A DNA stretch of 32,000 nt from Fibrobacter succinogenes subsp. succinogenes S85 (GTDB lineage: Bacteria > Fibrobacterota > Fibrobacteria > Fibrobacterales > Fibrobacteraceae). The position numbers and the translations under genes were made by a program. Each line of letters begins with the position of its first letter. Positions within the stretch are counted from its first letter, which is position 1. The stretch is from NCBI RefSeq assembly GCF_000146505.1, contig NC_017448.1, positions 2,130,001 to 2,162,000 of the forward strand, given 5' to 3'. The notes below the pieces were generated by a model, which did no database searches, was not told the origin of the DNA, and saw nothing but the letters and a program-made list of their open reading frames with translations. Shown one piece after another: positions 14,817 to 23,520 of the stretch.

Positions 14817-16136
14817 TTATTTCACGAAGGCGGCGTAGATGGCCTTGATAGCCTTTTCAGTATCGGCTTCGTCAACACCAGTGATGATGTTGATCTGGGA
14901 AGAACCCTGGTCGATAATGCGGACGTTCACCTTGTTTTCTGCGAGAGCCGTAAAGAGCTTTGCAGCAACACCGATCTTGTTCGTCATGCCGTGACCCACG
15001 GTAGCGATAAGAGCGATGCCCGGGAAAATCTTGATACGGTCCGGACGCATCTGCTGCGTGATATCTTCGAGAACAACGTCCTGAACGGCGTCGAGAGCCT
15101 TGGAATCCACGACGATGCTCATGGAGTCAATTGCGCTCGGGCAGAGTTCGTAGGAGAGTCCTTCGCTTTCGAGAACGGCGAGCACGCGACGGCCAAAGCC
15201 AACTTCCTTGTTCATCATGGACTTTTCGATGTAGATCATCGAGAAGCCCTTACGGCCTGCAACACCCGTAATCGGGAGCTTTGCATTTTCCGGAGTCGGG
15301 CCAATGATGGTGCCGGCGTCTTCCGGGCGGTTCGTGTTGCGGATGTTGATAGGAATCTTCTTCGCGCGGCACGGAGCGATGGATTCATCGTGGAGCACGC
15401 TTGCACCGGAGTAAGCAAGTTCGCGGATTTCGCGATAGCTCACGTATTCAATCGGGAGCGGGCTTTCGACGATGCGCGGGTCAGCCATGAGCATGCCCGA
15501 AACGTCGGTCCAGTTTTCGTACTTGGCAGCGTCAATGCCGTTAGCAAGGATAGCGCCAGTAATGTCGGAACCACCACGGCTGAAAGTCTTCACTTCGCCA
15601 CGGAGGTTAGAGCCATAGAAGCCCGGCAAGACGTACAACTGATTTTCGTCGCCGAGAGCCTTTGCAATTTCTTCGTAAGTCTTCGGAGCGATGCGGTACT
15701 TGTCATCGAAAGTGATGAGCGGGTAGCTATCGACGAAGTTTGCACCGAGATACTTTGCCATGAGGCGTGCGCAGAGGAATTCGCCACGGCTCACGAGGAA
15801 GTCCGTGCTCACGGATTCCGGATGGTTCTTGAGCTTGTCTTCGAGACTGTCGAGGTCTTCGGTAAGCTTGTCTTCAAGACCGAGGTCCTTGCAGATTTCA
15901 TCATAACGCTGGCGGATGAGGTTCCACGGCGTGGAGAAATCGAGGCCCTTGGAGGCGAGATCATAGGTGCTGTAGAGGAGGTCGGTCAGTTTGGTTTCTT
16001 TCGGGTTACGCTTGCCCGGAGCAGAAACGACGATGACTTTGCGGTTCTTGTCGCTTTCGACAATGGCCTTGATTTTTTTGAACTGACCTGCGTCGGCGAC
16101 AGAGGAGCCACCGAACTTACATACGATTCTAGACAT
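14817..16136 (-). CDS. lysC: aspartate kinase (monofunctional)
   Basis: ORF 14817..16253 trimmed to MSRIVCKFGGSSVADAGQ at 16136, preceded by AAAGGAATAAC. It has a full-length AK fold pattern and C-terminal ACT-like repeats. Confidence 0.9.
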   Translation of the reverse strand: MSRIVCKFGGSSVADAGQFKKIKAIVESDKNRKVIVVSAPGKRNPKETKLTDLLYSTYDLASKGLDFSTPWNLIRQRYDEICKDLGLEDKLTEDLDSLEDKLKNHPESVSTDFLVSRGEFLCARLMAKYLGANFVDSYPLITFDDKYRIAPKTYEEIAKALGDENQLYVLPGFYGSNLRGEVKTFSRGGSDITGAILANGIDAAKYENWTDVSGMLMADPRIVESPLPIEYVSYREIRELAYSGASVLHDESIAPCRAKKIPINIRNTNRPEDAGTIIGPTPENAKLPITGVAGRKGFSMIYIEKSMMNKEVGFGRRVLAVLESEGLSYELCPSAIDSMSIVVDSKALDAVQDVVLEDITQQMRPDRIKIFPGIALIATVGHGMTNKIGVAAKLFTALAENKVNVRIIDQGSSQINIITGVDEADTEKAIKAIYAAFVK

Positions 16137-16279
16137 GTTATTCCTTTGGGCCGCTGACCTCTCAGCTTCAAGCTTGACCGCTTTCCTCGCGATCATACCC
16201 CGTTCGGGATATTGCCCAAGCTTACCCATCGAGCCAGCCACTTGGTGTTTCACGACGGCATTTTACCGCCGCGCGGGCA

Positions 16280-16308
16280 AATATAGCTAAAGGCGAGAGT
16301 CGCGACAA
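16280..16308 (-). promoter_or_regulatory. candidate promoter for aspartate kinase (TTGTCG-N17-TATATT), implying a leader of about 135 nt
   Basis: Minus strand reads TTGTCG (16308-16303), a 17-nt spacer, then TATATT (16285-16280). Confidence 0.35.
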
Positions 16309-16407
16309 TAGTGCACACTCAAATAATTAACAAAAATTTACAGGACAAACGGGCAAAAAAAGCGTGTTTATATAGTAGAGCCACCTCAAGTAAATCTTTG
16401 AAGGTCT

Positions 16408-17361
16408 ATGAAGAAACACGAACAATTGATGCTTATCGCCGCAAAATCGAACATTCCCGTGCTACTGCAAGGGGAATCGGGAGTCGGCAAGGAAATCGCC
16501 GCCAAGTTTATACACGAACACAGCAAACGAAGCGAAGGGCCATTCGTCGCCCTCAACTGCGGCGCCATCGCAAGGAATCTCGCCGAAAGCCTTTTGGAAG
16601 GCGCTAAGAAAGGTTCTTACACCGGGGCCGCAAGTGACCACCGGGGCATCGTGCAGGCGGCAAACGGCGGCACGCTATTCCTCGACGAAATTGGCGAAAT
16701 GCCATTCGACATGCAGAGCAAGCTTTTACGCATCTTGCAGGAACATTCCGTGCTCCCGCTCGGGGCCACTCAAAACGAGCCGGTCGACTTCAGGCTTGTC
16801 TGCGCGACAAACCGAGACTTGCAAAACGAAGTCCATGACGGAAATTTCCGTAAGGACCTGTTCTTCAGGCTGAACGCCTTCCCTATCGTGATTCCGCCGC
16901 TCCGCAAAAGAGACGACTTCGCCGAAATCGCCACCACGCTATGGAACGAAATCACGGAAAGGACTTTCGCCGAAAAGTTCCCGCTCCGCGACTGGGAAAT
17001 CAAGGAACTATCCAAGTTCAAATGGCCAGGCAACATCCGCCAATTGAAAAACGTCCTCCAGCGCTATGCGCTCTTAAAGCAGCACGAAATATCGCTTGAA
17101 GAAATCCTCTCCGAAGAATTTTCGCACCAGACGATAAACGATGTCAAGGAAAATTACACATACCGAGCGCCAACAGCCATACGGGCATCAGCACCGAACT
17201 GGACGTTTATTCAAAAAGCGCTCAGCGAAAACGACGGAAATAAAAGCAGGGCCGCCAAAGCGCTCAAAATCAGCCGAGGCTGTCTGTGCTATCAAATAAA
17301 GAAGCACGAACTCCATGAATGGAACTCGTGCAAAAACTTAGCGGAATGCGCGGGAGCCTAG
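16408..17361 (+). CDS. sigma54-interaction-domain AAA+ activator (bEBP) with a Fis-type HTH and no N-terminal sensor/receiver domain
   Basis: Walker A GESGVGKE and Walker B TLFLDEIGEM are present. The GAFTGA position reads GSYTGA (16612-16629). The C-terminal HTH reads NKSRAAKALKISRGCLCYQIKK. The ORF begins only about 20 aa before Walker A. Confidence 0.8.
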   Translation: MKKHEQLMLIAAKSNIPVLLQGESGVGKEIAAKFIHEHSKRSEGPFVALNCGAIARNLAESLLEGAKKGSYTGAASDHRGIVQAANGGTLFLDEIGEMPFDMQSKLLRILQEHSVLPLGATQNEPVDFRLVCATNRDLQNEVHDGNFRKDLFFRLNAFPIVIPPLRKRDDFAEIATTLWNEITERTFAEKFPLRDWEIKELSKFKWPGNIRQLKNVLQRYALLKQHEISLEEILSEEFSHQTINDVKENYTYRAPTAIRASAPNWTFIQKALSENDGNKSRAAKALKISRGCLCYQIKKHELHEWNSCKNLAECAGA

Positions 17362-18272
17362 AACTTCACACCGACGGCGATGTAATGGTTGCCGCCTTCG
17401 AATGCCGGACGCGGGCTATAAGCATAATCAAACACGACCATGCCAAACGTCACGCCGAGACCGCCACTAATGGCGTCTTCGGTATCCGGGCGGATTGCAT
17501 AGCCCATGCGGAACGAGAGCATATCGAAGTAGACCACTTCGCCGCCAATCAAGACTTGAGCCTTTGTATCGGCACGGCGATACGCATCTACAGACAAATG
17601 CACCATCCAGCGGTCAAGAATCGGGATGAATCCCGTCACGCCCGCCTGGAGCGCAAGCGGGGACGCTTCTTTCCCAGATTCATACTTGCTTGCAAAGCCA
17701 AGATTCGTGAAGTTTGCACCGAATGCAAAATAGTCATTCACGCGGAACGAGCCGCCCGCATCGACCGAGAACAGAAATCCAGTTTCGTCGTCAATCGTCT
17801 GCGTCGCAAAACGTGCCGAAGCAGCCCAGTTGAAAATCTTGGAACGGCTACCGAAACCCGCCAAAAGCGACCAGGCATAAGAGCCGTATTCCGAAGTCTT
17901 GAGACCGTTCTCGTCACGACCTTCAATATTATCGTAACCCAAAAAGTCAACAGCAAGCCCTAGCGTGTACTTATCGCCAAGTGGGAGGCCATAGTATGCC
18001 GAAACGAAGTTATCGGCACCGCCATTGCCAAAAATCACCTGGCTAAGTCCAAATTCCGCCTCATTTGCAACGCTCATCGCAAGCGGATTGCGCGAAATTT
18101 CGGACACGCGACCGGGATCAGCAACGCCTGCACCCGAAAGCGCAGCCGCACGCGGCGAAACCTGCATCGCAAGGAACTTCATCGTCACACCGCCCGGGTC
18201 CAAATGCCAATACTCCCCTGCAAACGCGAGGGAACCAACAGTCAGTGCAAACGAAAGAAACTTTTTGAACAT
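17358..18272 (-). CDS. PorV/PorQ-like outer-membrane beta-barrel protein
   Basis: ORF trimmed to MFKKFLSFALTVGSLAFA (signal peptide). The VSPRAAALSGAGVADP....NPLAM motif resembles PorV-type proteins. Alternating beta-strand pattern and a C-terminal F are present. Confidence 0.6.
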   Translation of the reverse strand: MFKKFLSFALTVGSLAFAGEYWHLDPGGVTMKFLAMQVSPRAAALSGAGVADPGRVSEISRNPLAMSVANEAEFGLSQVIFGNGGADNFVSAYYGLPLGDKYTLGLAVDFLGYDNIEGRDENGLKTSEYGSYAWSLLAGFGSRSKIFNWAASARFATQTIDDETGFLFSVDAGGSFRVNDYFAFGANFTNLGFASKYESGKEASPLALQAGVTGFIPILDRWMVHLSVDAYRRADTKAQVLIGGEVVYFDMLSFRMGYAIRPDTEDAISGGLGVTFGMVVFDYAYSPRPAFEGGNHYIAVGVKF

Positions 18273-18294
18273 ACGATTAATAAGATACAAAAAA

Positions 18295-18381
18295 TAGAAC
18301 TTAGAACTTAGACCGCTGCGCTCTTAGAACTTAGAATATTGCAATATCCCTAAGTTCTAAGCTCTGCCAACTAAGTTCTAA
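18295..18381. repeat. nested direct and inverted TTAGAAC heptamer repeats between the phosphohexomutase and the PorV-like gene
   Basis: Forward copies lie at 18295-18313 and 18323-18337. Inverted copies lie at 18350-18361 (a perfect 12-bp complement of 18323-18334) and at 18371-18381. The last overlaps the TAG stop at 18378-18380. An A6 run (U6 on the minus strand) is at 18289-18294. Confidence 0.85.
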
Positions 18382-19886
18382 TTTCGCCAGCCTTCCATAA
18401 TCTTGAGGCAGTCCGCGAGGAGTTCTGCACTGCGTTCCTTGCCTTCGGTTTCCACGTAGCAGCGGAATTCCGGAGCGTTTCCACTCGGACGCAAGTGGAT
18501 GATGTCGCCAGAATCGAATTCCATGCGGTAGCCATCGACTTCGTTCAACGAAACAATCTTGCCCTGGAACGTCTTGTCCTTTGCAAACTTGGAGGGCTTT
18601 GCTGCGAGAGCGCCAAACAGCTTTTCGCCGAGATTCTTTTCGCGGATTTCAGCGAGCTTTGCCTTCGACTTTTCGGTCGGGAATTCCTTGAGGCGGTCGC
18701 TCACGGTAAAGCGCTTCGGCAACTTGCGGAGCAAATCCACAACGCACATGCGTTCCTTGCGGACCATTACCATCACAGCAATCATCGGGAGGAGGGCGTC
18801 ACGTGTCGGGAGGGCCTTGAGTGTGCGGCCATCGAGCGTCAAATCCGTCTCGAGCAAGAAACCGCCATTGGCTTCGTAACCTGCAACCGTGAGGCTCTTG
18901 TCATTTGCATCGACCAGGCTTTCCATGCCGGCAATCACATACGGGCTACCAATGCGCGTACGGCAAATCTTTTCAAAGCTACCGGACTTTTCAAGCGAAG
19001 TGTTGCAACTCACCGGAGTTGCAATGCGCTTGATGCCAAGAGACTGTGCGGCCAAAATACCAAGCACGTCGCCACGGAGCCACATGCCCACATCATCAGC
19101 CAAAAGCGGGCGGTCAGAATCGCCGTCGGTGCTGAACACGGCATCCACGTAATCCTTGTGCGTAAATTCACGAGCGAGTTCTTCATCTTCCTTGCGGATA
19201 GCTTCGGTATCGACCGGAACAAACACATCGCTACGGCCAAACGGCTTGACTGTCGCACCGAGGCTTTCGAGAACCTTCACCACGATGTCGCGGCCCACAG
19301 CGGAATGCTGGTAAACGCCAATCGTGAGTCCATGCAATGCATCGCTACCGAAAAAGTCCGGGTAACGCTTGCAATAATTCGTTTCGGCTTCCGCTTCGAC
19401 CGCCGGGAGTTCAGGCGCAGCCTTCAGCATGCCCTTGTCGTCAAAAAGCGCTTCGTCGAAATCGACCGACTGCGAAACAATTCCCTGTTCGTCGGCCTTC
19501 GTGATTTCGCCATTCGGGTGGTTAAACTTGATACCGTTGCGGTCAGCCGGAATGTGGCTACCCGTCACCATGATGGTCGGCAAATGCTTGTCGATGCCGT
19601 ACATCGCAATCGCGGGGCTCGGGATGCGACCGCAGTAAATCACCTTCCAGTTTGCATCGGCACCAGCCTGCATGAGCGACTTCAAGATGCGTTCCGTACT
19701 CGGACGCAAGTCGCCCGCAATCGCAATCGTGCGTTCGCACTTGTAAGACGCTTCGCAGTACTTGATAAAGGAACGCGCGTACACATAGCACACACGGTCG
19801 GTCATAGCGCTCACGAGACCGCGAGCACCGCTCGTACCAAACGCCACCCCGGACTGTTTCATAACATCTTGCATCGCAACGGACAT
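18378..19886 (-). CDS. alpha-D-phosphohexomutase family protein (phosphoglucomutase/phosphomannomutase)
   Basis: 502 aa with RBS AGAGG. The active-site loop reads VTGSHIPADRNGIKF and the metal-site region reads FSTDGDSDRP. Confidence 0.85.
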   Translation of the reverse strand: MSVAMQDVMKQSGVAFGTSGARGLVSAMTDRVCYVYARSFIKYCEASYKCERTIAIAGDLRPSTERILKSLMQAGADANWKVIYCGRIPSPAIAMYGIDKHLPTIMVTGSHIPADRNGIKFNHPNGEITKADEQGIVSQSVDFDEALFDDKGMLKAAPELPAVEAEAETNYCKRYPDFFGSDALHGLTIGVYQHSAVGRDIVVKVLESLGATVKPFGRSDVFVPVDTEAIRKEDEELAREFTHKDYVDAVFSTDGDSDRPLLADDVGMWLRGDVLGILAAQSLGIKRIATPVSCNTSLEKSGSFEKICRTRIGSPYVIAGMESLVDANDKSLTVAGYEANGGFLLETDLTLDGRTLKALPTRDALLPMIAVMVMVRKERMCVVDLLRKLPKRFTVSDRLKEFPTEKSKAKLAEIREKNLGEKLFGALAAKPSKFAKDKTFQGKIVSLNEVDGYRMEFDSGDIIHLRPSGNAPEFRCYVETEGKERSAELLADCLKIMEGWRN

Positions 19887-19982
19887 ATTAAACCTCTGTT
19901 TAGTAGGCGATAGGAAGTAGACAATAAGAAGTCTCTAAAACCGCCAAATGATTTACAATGGACAAGATAGAAAAATATGTTT

Positions 19983-20963
19983 TTAAGATATTTCCAACGC
20001 CCTTGCTCTATCGTAAATACATTCCTTATACTTAGCCTTCGCTTCTTCACTTAAGAAAGACGCGTCTATCATTTCGTTCATTTCATCAAGATGGTTGGTC
20101 ATTTCACGAATAAACCGCTCAGCCCTTTTCTCGACAATGCCGATACGTTTTGCAAATTCCATAAAATCCGGAGCACCATAAAAGCCATTGGCACTAAAGA
20201 AGTCGCTTTCGTAATCCTCTTCATCTGCAAAAAGATCAAGTGCCATTCTTTCATCAGAAGCATGCAACGACGTATTCAACAAATCATATGCGGGAGTCAA
20301 TACAAATACCCCCTCCTTATTTGGAGAGTATATCGAAAAATTCTTGATATGCGCATCGCCGTTACACACAAGATAATTAAACAAAATAATCTTGAAAAAT
20401 TCTTCGGCAGCAACAATATAAGCACTCACATGTTGTTTTATAAGTCCCGCAATTTCTTCGTAACTAATACTTTCGTACTTAAAGTTTGAACCCGCATTTT
20501 GGCTGCACAAGTCCGCAACTTGGGCAAAATCCTCTTGATGAATCCTCGTACCGTCTTTACGGACATCAAACCGTTTTGTTAAATAGGCAAATTCTCCAGA
20601 AGAAAATTCCATCAATGCCGACTCAGCCACATTCATCTTGAAAATCTGTTTTGCCATTTGCATAGTGACATGTTCATTGGCTGGCATATCACGAAATAAG
20701 CGAAACCGCATACTTGTAGCAGGCTTGAGAATATAGGTTCCAGCACGATCGGTAGGCTCCAATTTTTTCCAACCAAATCTTAATGAAAACTTTATCTGCG
20801 CTCCAGATATTGAAATGCGTTTGACTACATTACCTGTACCTTGAGCAATATCAGGAAGTGTAAAATCAAGTTTCGCACTAAATTTATCCTTATTAAAAAT
20901 TTTTCTAGAACAAGTGCGGCAAAAATCATCTTCACATTCCCTAAGACAGCTACGGCAACGCAT
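19983..20963 (-). CDS. hipT: HipT-like Ser/Thr kinase toxin (HipA lacking N-subdomain 1)
   Basis: 326 aa. It has the Gly-rich loop ISISGAQIKFSL, the catalytic motif NGDAHIKNFS, and TPAYDLLNT. The N-terminus reads CRSC..C.....CRTC. Its start overlaps the hipS stop (TAATG). Confidence 0.8.
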   Translation of the reverse strand: MRCRSCLRECEDDFCRTCSRKIFNKDKFSAKLDFTLPDIAQGTGNVVKRISISGAQIKFSLRFGWKKLEPTDRAGTYILKPATSMRFRLFRDMPANEHVTMQMAKQIFKMNVAESALMEFSSGEFAYLTKRFDVRKDGTRIHQEDFAQVADLCSQNAGSNFKYESISYEEIAGLIKQHVSAYIVAAEEFFKIILFNYLVCNGDAHIKNFSIYSPNKEGVFVLTPAYDLLNTSLHASDERMALDLFADEEDYESDFFSANGFYGAPDFMEFAKRIGIVEKRAERFIREMTNHLDEMNEMIDASFLSEEAKAKYKECIYDRARALEIS

Positions 20964-21301
20964 TATCGAGCCTCCTGCACTGTAATATCCCCGATAGATT
21001 CATTTTTACAAAGTGCCAATAAAACCGCAAAATCATCATTGACGTTAATCTTTAGTCGCTTGCAGATATCTGCTCTATTTTCGCCTTCAGGCAAAAGTCC
21101 GCTAAAAAAAGGGAACAAACATTTAGAATAAAAAATCCTTTTCGATTTCGGCAAATTGATAGCAATAGAGGTTCCGTCTTTATCGATATAATCCGCATCA
21201 TAAATAAAGACGAACCGCCTTTTACTAGCAAGAAGAATACCTGCAATTTTTCCGTTCTTGAAAACAAAAGCCTTTCGAATTTTATAATAAATGCTATTCA
21301 T
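20963..21301 (-). CDS. hipS: HipS-like protein (free-standing HipA N-terminal subdomain)
   Basis: 112 aa. KIAGILL...FIYD..Y......INLP......Y....LFPFFSGLLPEGENR....K....NDDFAVLLALCKNESIGDITV matches the HipA N-terminal coupling domain. Confidence 0.8.
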   Translation of the reverse strand: MNSIYYKIRKAFVFKNGKIAGILLASKRRFVFIYDADYIDKDGTSIAINLPKSKRIFYSKCLFPFFSGLLPEGENRADICKRLKINVNDDFAVLLALCKNESIGDITVQEAR

Positions 21302-21542
21302 GGACGACCCGTTCCTTCAAAGTGATAACGAGTCCAAGAACTTGCAAAAGTTCAAAAAGTACTTTAACGCTCGGATTTGCGCGCCCGCTCTCAATACCAT
21401 TAACAGTACGCAGACAGACTCCCGACATTTCAGCAAGATCAGCTTGAGATATATTCAGCTCCTTACGCCTGTCGGCAATCTGCTTGCCCAAAGAAGATAT
21501 TTCCGTCTGACCCATCGGTTTAAACTCCAAATTATGCAACAT
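21294..21542 (-). CDS. hipB: HipB-like XRE-family HTH protein
   Basis: 82 aa. The HTH reads LGKQIADRRKELNISQADLAEMSGVCLRTVNGIESGRANPSV. There is an 8-nt overlap with the hipS start. Confidence 0.8.
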   Translation of the reverse strand: MLHNLEFKPMGQTEISSLGKQIADRRKELNISQADLAEMSGVCLRTVNGIESGRANPSVKVLFELLQVLGLVITLKERVVHE

Positions 21543-21555
21543 ATTGCCAATTCTA

Positions 21556-21614
21556 TAGTAAAAATACTACAAATAGTATAATTCGTCAACTAAATTGCGC
21601 AATATATTGCGTAA
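21556..21614. promoter_or_regulatory. operator-like inverted repeats in the hipBST promoter region
   Basis: TAGTA-N4-TACTA-N4-TAGTA lies at 21556-21578. A 20-bp near-palindrome ttgcgcaata|tattgcgtaa lies at 21595-21614. TTGACG (minus strand) lies at 21584-21589, between the two. Confidence 0.45.
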
Positions 21615-21768
21615 ACAAACAATCAGACAGCGACTACTTCGCAAACGTAAACAGGATTGCGGTGATAATTATAGCAGCGATAAGGGTAAAACATGAACAC
21701 ATACTTAGAAAGTACATTTTGATTTTGACACTTTACTGTCAAAAACTCAAATTTCTATATTCCCCGTC

Positions 21769-22554
21769 ATGGATAGAGCACGCCGCCGCAAATTTGGACA
21801 GAACTTTCTTGACGTTGAAACCGCCACCGCCATCGCAGGCGATTTGCCCGCCGAAGCAGGAGAATTCGTCCTTGAGATTGGTCCCGGTCACGGCGCTCTC
21901 ACGGAGCACTTGCTCAACCGCGGGCTAGAACTTACTGCTGTCGAAATCGACGAGCAGTGCGTTGAAGTCTTGAACGAAAAATTCAAGGACTACAAGAACT
22001 TCAACATTGTAAACATTGACTTTTTGAAGTTTGACTTGCAGGCGTTTTTGGATGCGCATGCCAAGCCGTGGGTTACAGGCAACTTACCATACAACGTAAG
22101 TACAGCAATTATCGCAGGGCTTATGCCGCGCTTGCACTTGACCAAAGGCTTTATGGGAATGGTGCAGCTCGAAGTCGCCGAACGCATCTGCGCCGAACCA
22201 TGCTCCAGCAATTACGGGAGCCTTTCCGTACTTGTTTCTGCATTTGCGAACACGCAGATTTTGCGCAAGATCGGGCCGGAACATTTCACGCCAAAGCCGA
22301 ATGTCGATAGCGCCACGATGCTCTTGACACCGCGCGAAGACGCCATCCAGGCGCCCGACGGATTCTTTGACTTTGTGCGTACCGCATTCACGCAAAAGCG
22401 CAAGACGCTTGCGAATTCCTTTGGACGCAATTACGACAAGAAGAAAATCCAGGCGACCATTGAACTTTTGGATTGGCCGACAACCATCCGCGCCGAAGAA
22501 CTCAGCCCCGAGCAGTTCCTGAATTTCTACAAGGCATTTAAAGGTGAAAATTAA
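21769..22554 (+). CDS. rsmA: 16S rRNA (adenine1518/1519-N6)-dimethyltransferase
   Basis: RRRKFGQNFL at the N-terminus, the SAM motif VLEIGPGHGALT, and NLPYNVST. Confidence 0.9.
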   Translation: MDRARRRKFGQNFLDVETATAIAGDLPAEAGEFVLEIGPGHGALTEHLLNRGLELTAVEIDEQCVEVLNEKFKDYKNFNIVNIDFLKFDLQAFLDAHAKPWVTGNLPYNVSTAIIAGLMPRLHLTKGFMGMVQLEVAERICAEPCSSNYGSLSVLVSAFANTQILRKIGPEHFTPKPNVDSATMLLTPREDAIQAPDGFFDFVRTAFTQKRKTLANSFGRNYDKKKIQATIELLDWPTTIRAEELSPEQFLNFYKAFKGEN

Positions 22555-23377
22555 AATCCTTATAGACAACATCAGCGGTGCCGAAAAGCAATTAAAAGGT
22601 GAATGGGGACTTTGCGTCTACACCGAATTCAACGGCAAAAGCATTCTGCTCGATACAGGAGCGTCCACGCAATTCGCGAAGAACGCCACCATCATGGGAA
22701 TAGACATTTCCAAAATTGACGCCGGCGTCTTGAGCCATGCGCATTACGATCACGCCGACGGCATGCAGGAATTTTTCGACAAGAACGACCACGCCAAATT
22801 CTACTTGCGTGATGCCGCCCGCGAAAACTGCTACCATACGCACAAGTTCTTAAAGTTTTTCACCTATCAAGAATACATCGGCATTCACAAAGGAACACTC
22901 AAAAAGAACGCCAACCGCATTGTATTCGTCAACGGCGACTGTGAAATTTTTCCGGGAGTCACACTCGTCGGTCACAAGACTCCGAACCTCGATGAAATTG
23001 GCAAACGCGCCCACATGAGCGTCAAGGAAAACGGAAAGTACCGCCCCGACAGTTTCGACCACGAACAAAGTCTAGTCTTCGACACACCAAAGGGGCTGTT
23101 CATCATGAACAGCTGTAGCCACGGTGGCGCCGACAACATTATCAAGGAAATCGAAGCGACATTCCCTGGCAAACAGATTTACGCCATCCTCGGCGGATTC
23201 CATTTATTCCGCACGCCCGACGACCGCGTAAAAGTATTCGCCGAACGCCTCCGCGATTTGAATGTTCAAAAAATCTACACAGGGCATTGCACCGGGCAAC
23301 GCGCCTACGAGATTTTGCATGATGTGCTCGGTGACAAAGTTGAACAAATGCACACCGGCATGGAAATCGAAGTATAG
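22544..23377 (+). CDS. MBL-fold metallo-hydrolase
   Basis: GTG start overlapping the rsmA stop. The motif SHAHYDHADG (HxHxDH) is present. Confidence 0.75.
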   Translation: MKIKILIDNISGAEKQLKGEWGLCVYTEFNGKSILLDTGASTQFAKNATIMGIDISKIDAGVLSHAHYDHADGMQEFFDKNDHAKFYLRDAARENCYHTHKFLKFFTYQEYIGIHKGTLKKNANRIVFVNGDCEIFPGVTLVGHKTPNLDEIGKRAHMSVKENGKYRPDSFDHEQSLVFDTPKGLFIMNSCSHGGADNIIKEIEATFPGKQIYAILGGFHLFRTPDDRVKVFAERLRDLNVQKIYTGHCTGQRAYEILHDVLGDKVEQMHTGMEIEV

Positions 23378-23409
23378 AACATAATAAATCAAATACCTCA
23401 TTCAAACAT

Positions 23410-23440
23410 TCCTGCAAAAGCAGGATTTTTCTTTATTTTT
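23410..23440 (+). terminator. rho-independent terminator after the MBL hydrolase gene
   Basis: TCCTGC-AAAA-GCAGGA followed by TTTTTCTTTATTTTT. Confidence 0.6.
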
Positions 23441-23520
23441 AGCATAAAAAAATAAACAACATTCTTTATTTATTCTAATTTATTATTTAAAAACAGATTT
23501 CTATAAACAAGGTATTACAA

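Noticed and set aside
14991-16157. Very long antisense ORFs inside core genes. They include 14991..16157, 17319..17963, 18495..19913, 23966..24823, 29065..30552 and 31202..31915.
   Set aside because: The opposite strand encodes unmistakable aspartate kinase, PorV-like, phosphohexomutase, YggS, Lon and ClpX proteins. The antisense products are Arg/His/Ala-rich low-complexity strings typical of GC3-biased genes.
16137-16279. A lysine (L-box), SAM-I or glycine riboswitch in the aspartate kinase leader.
   Set aside because: The conserved core sequences of these classes could not be found by eye. The region is kept only as an unclassified structured leader candidate.
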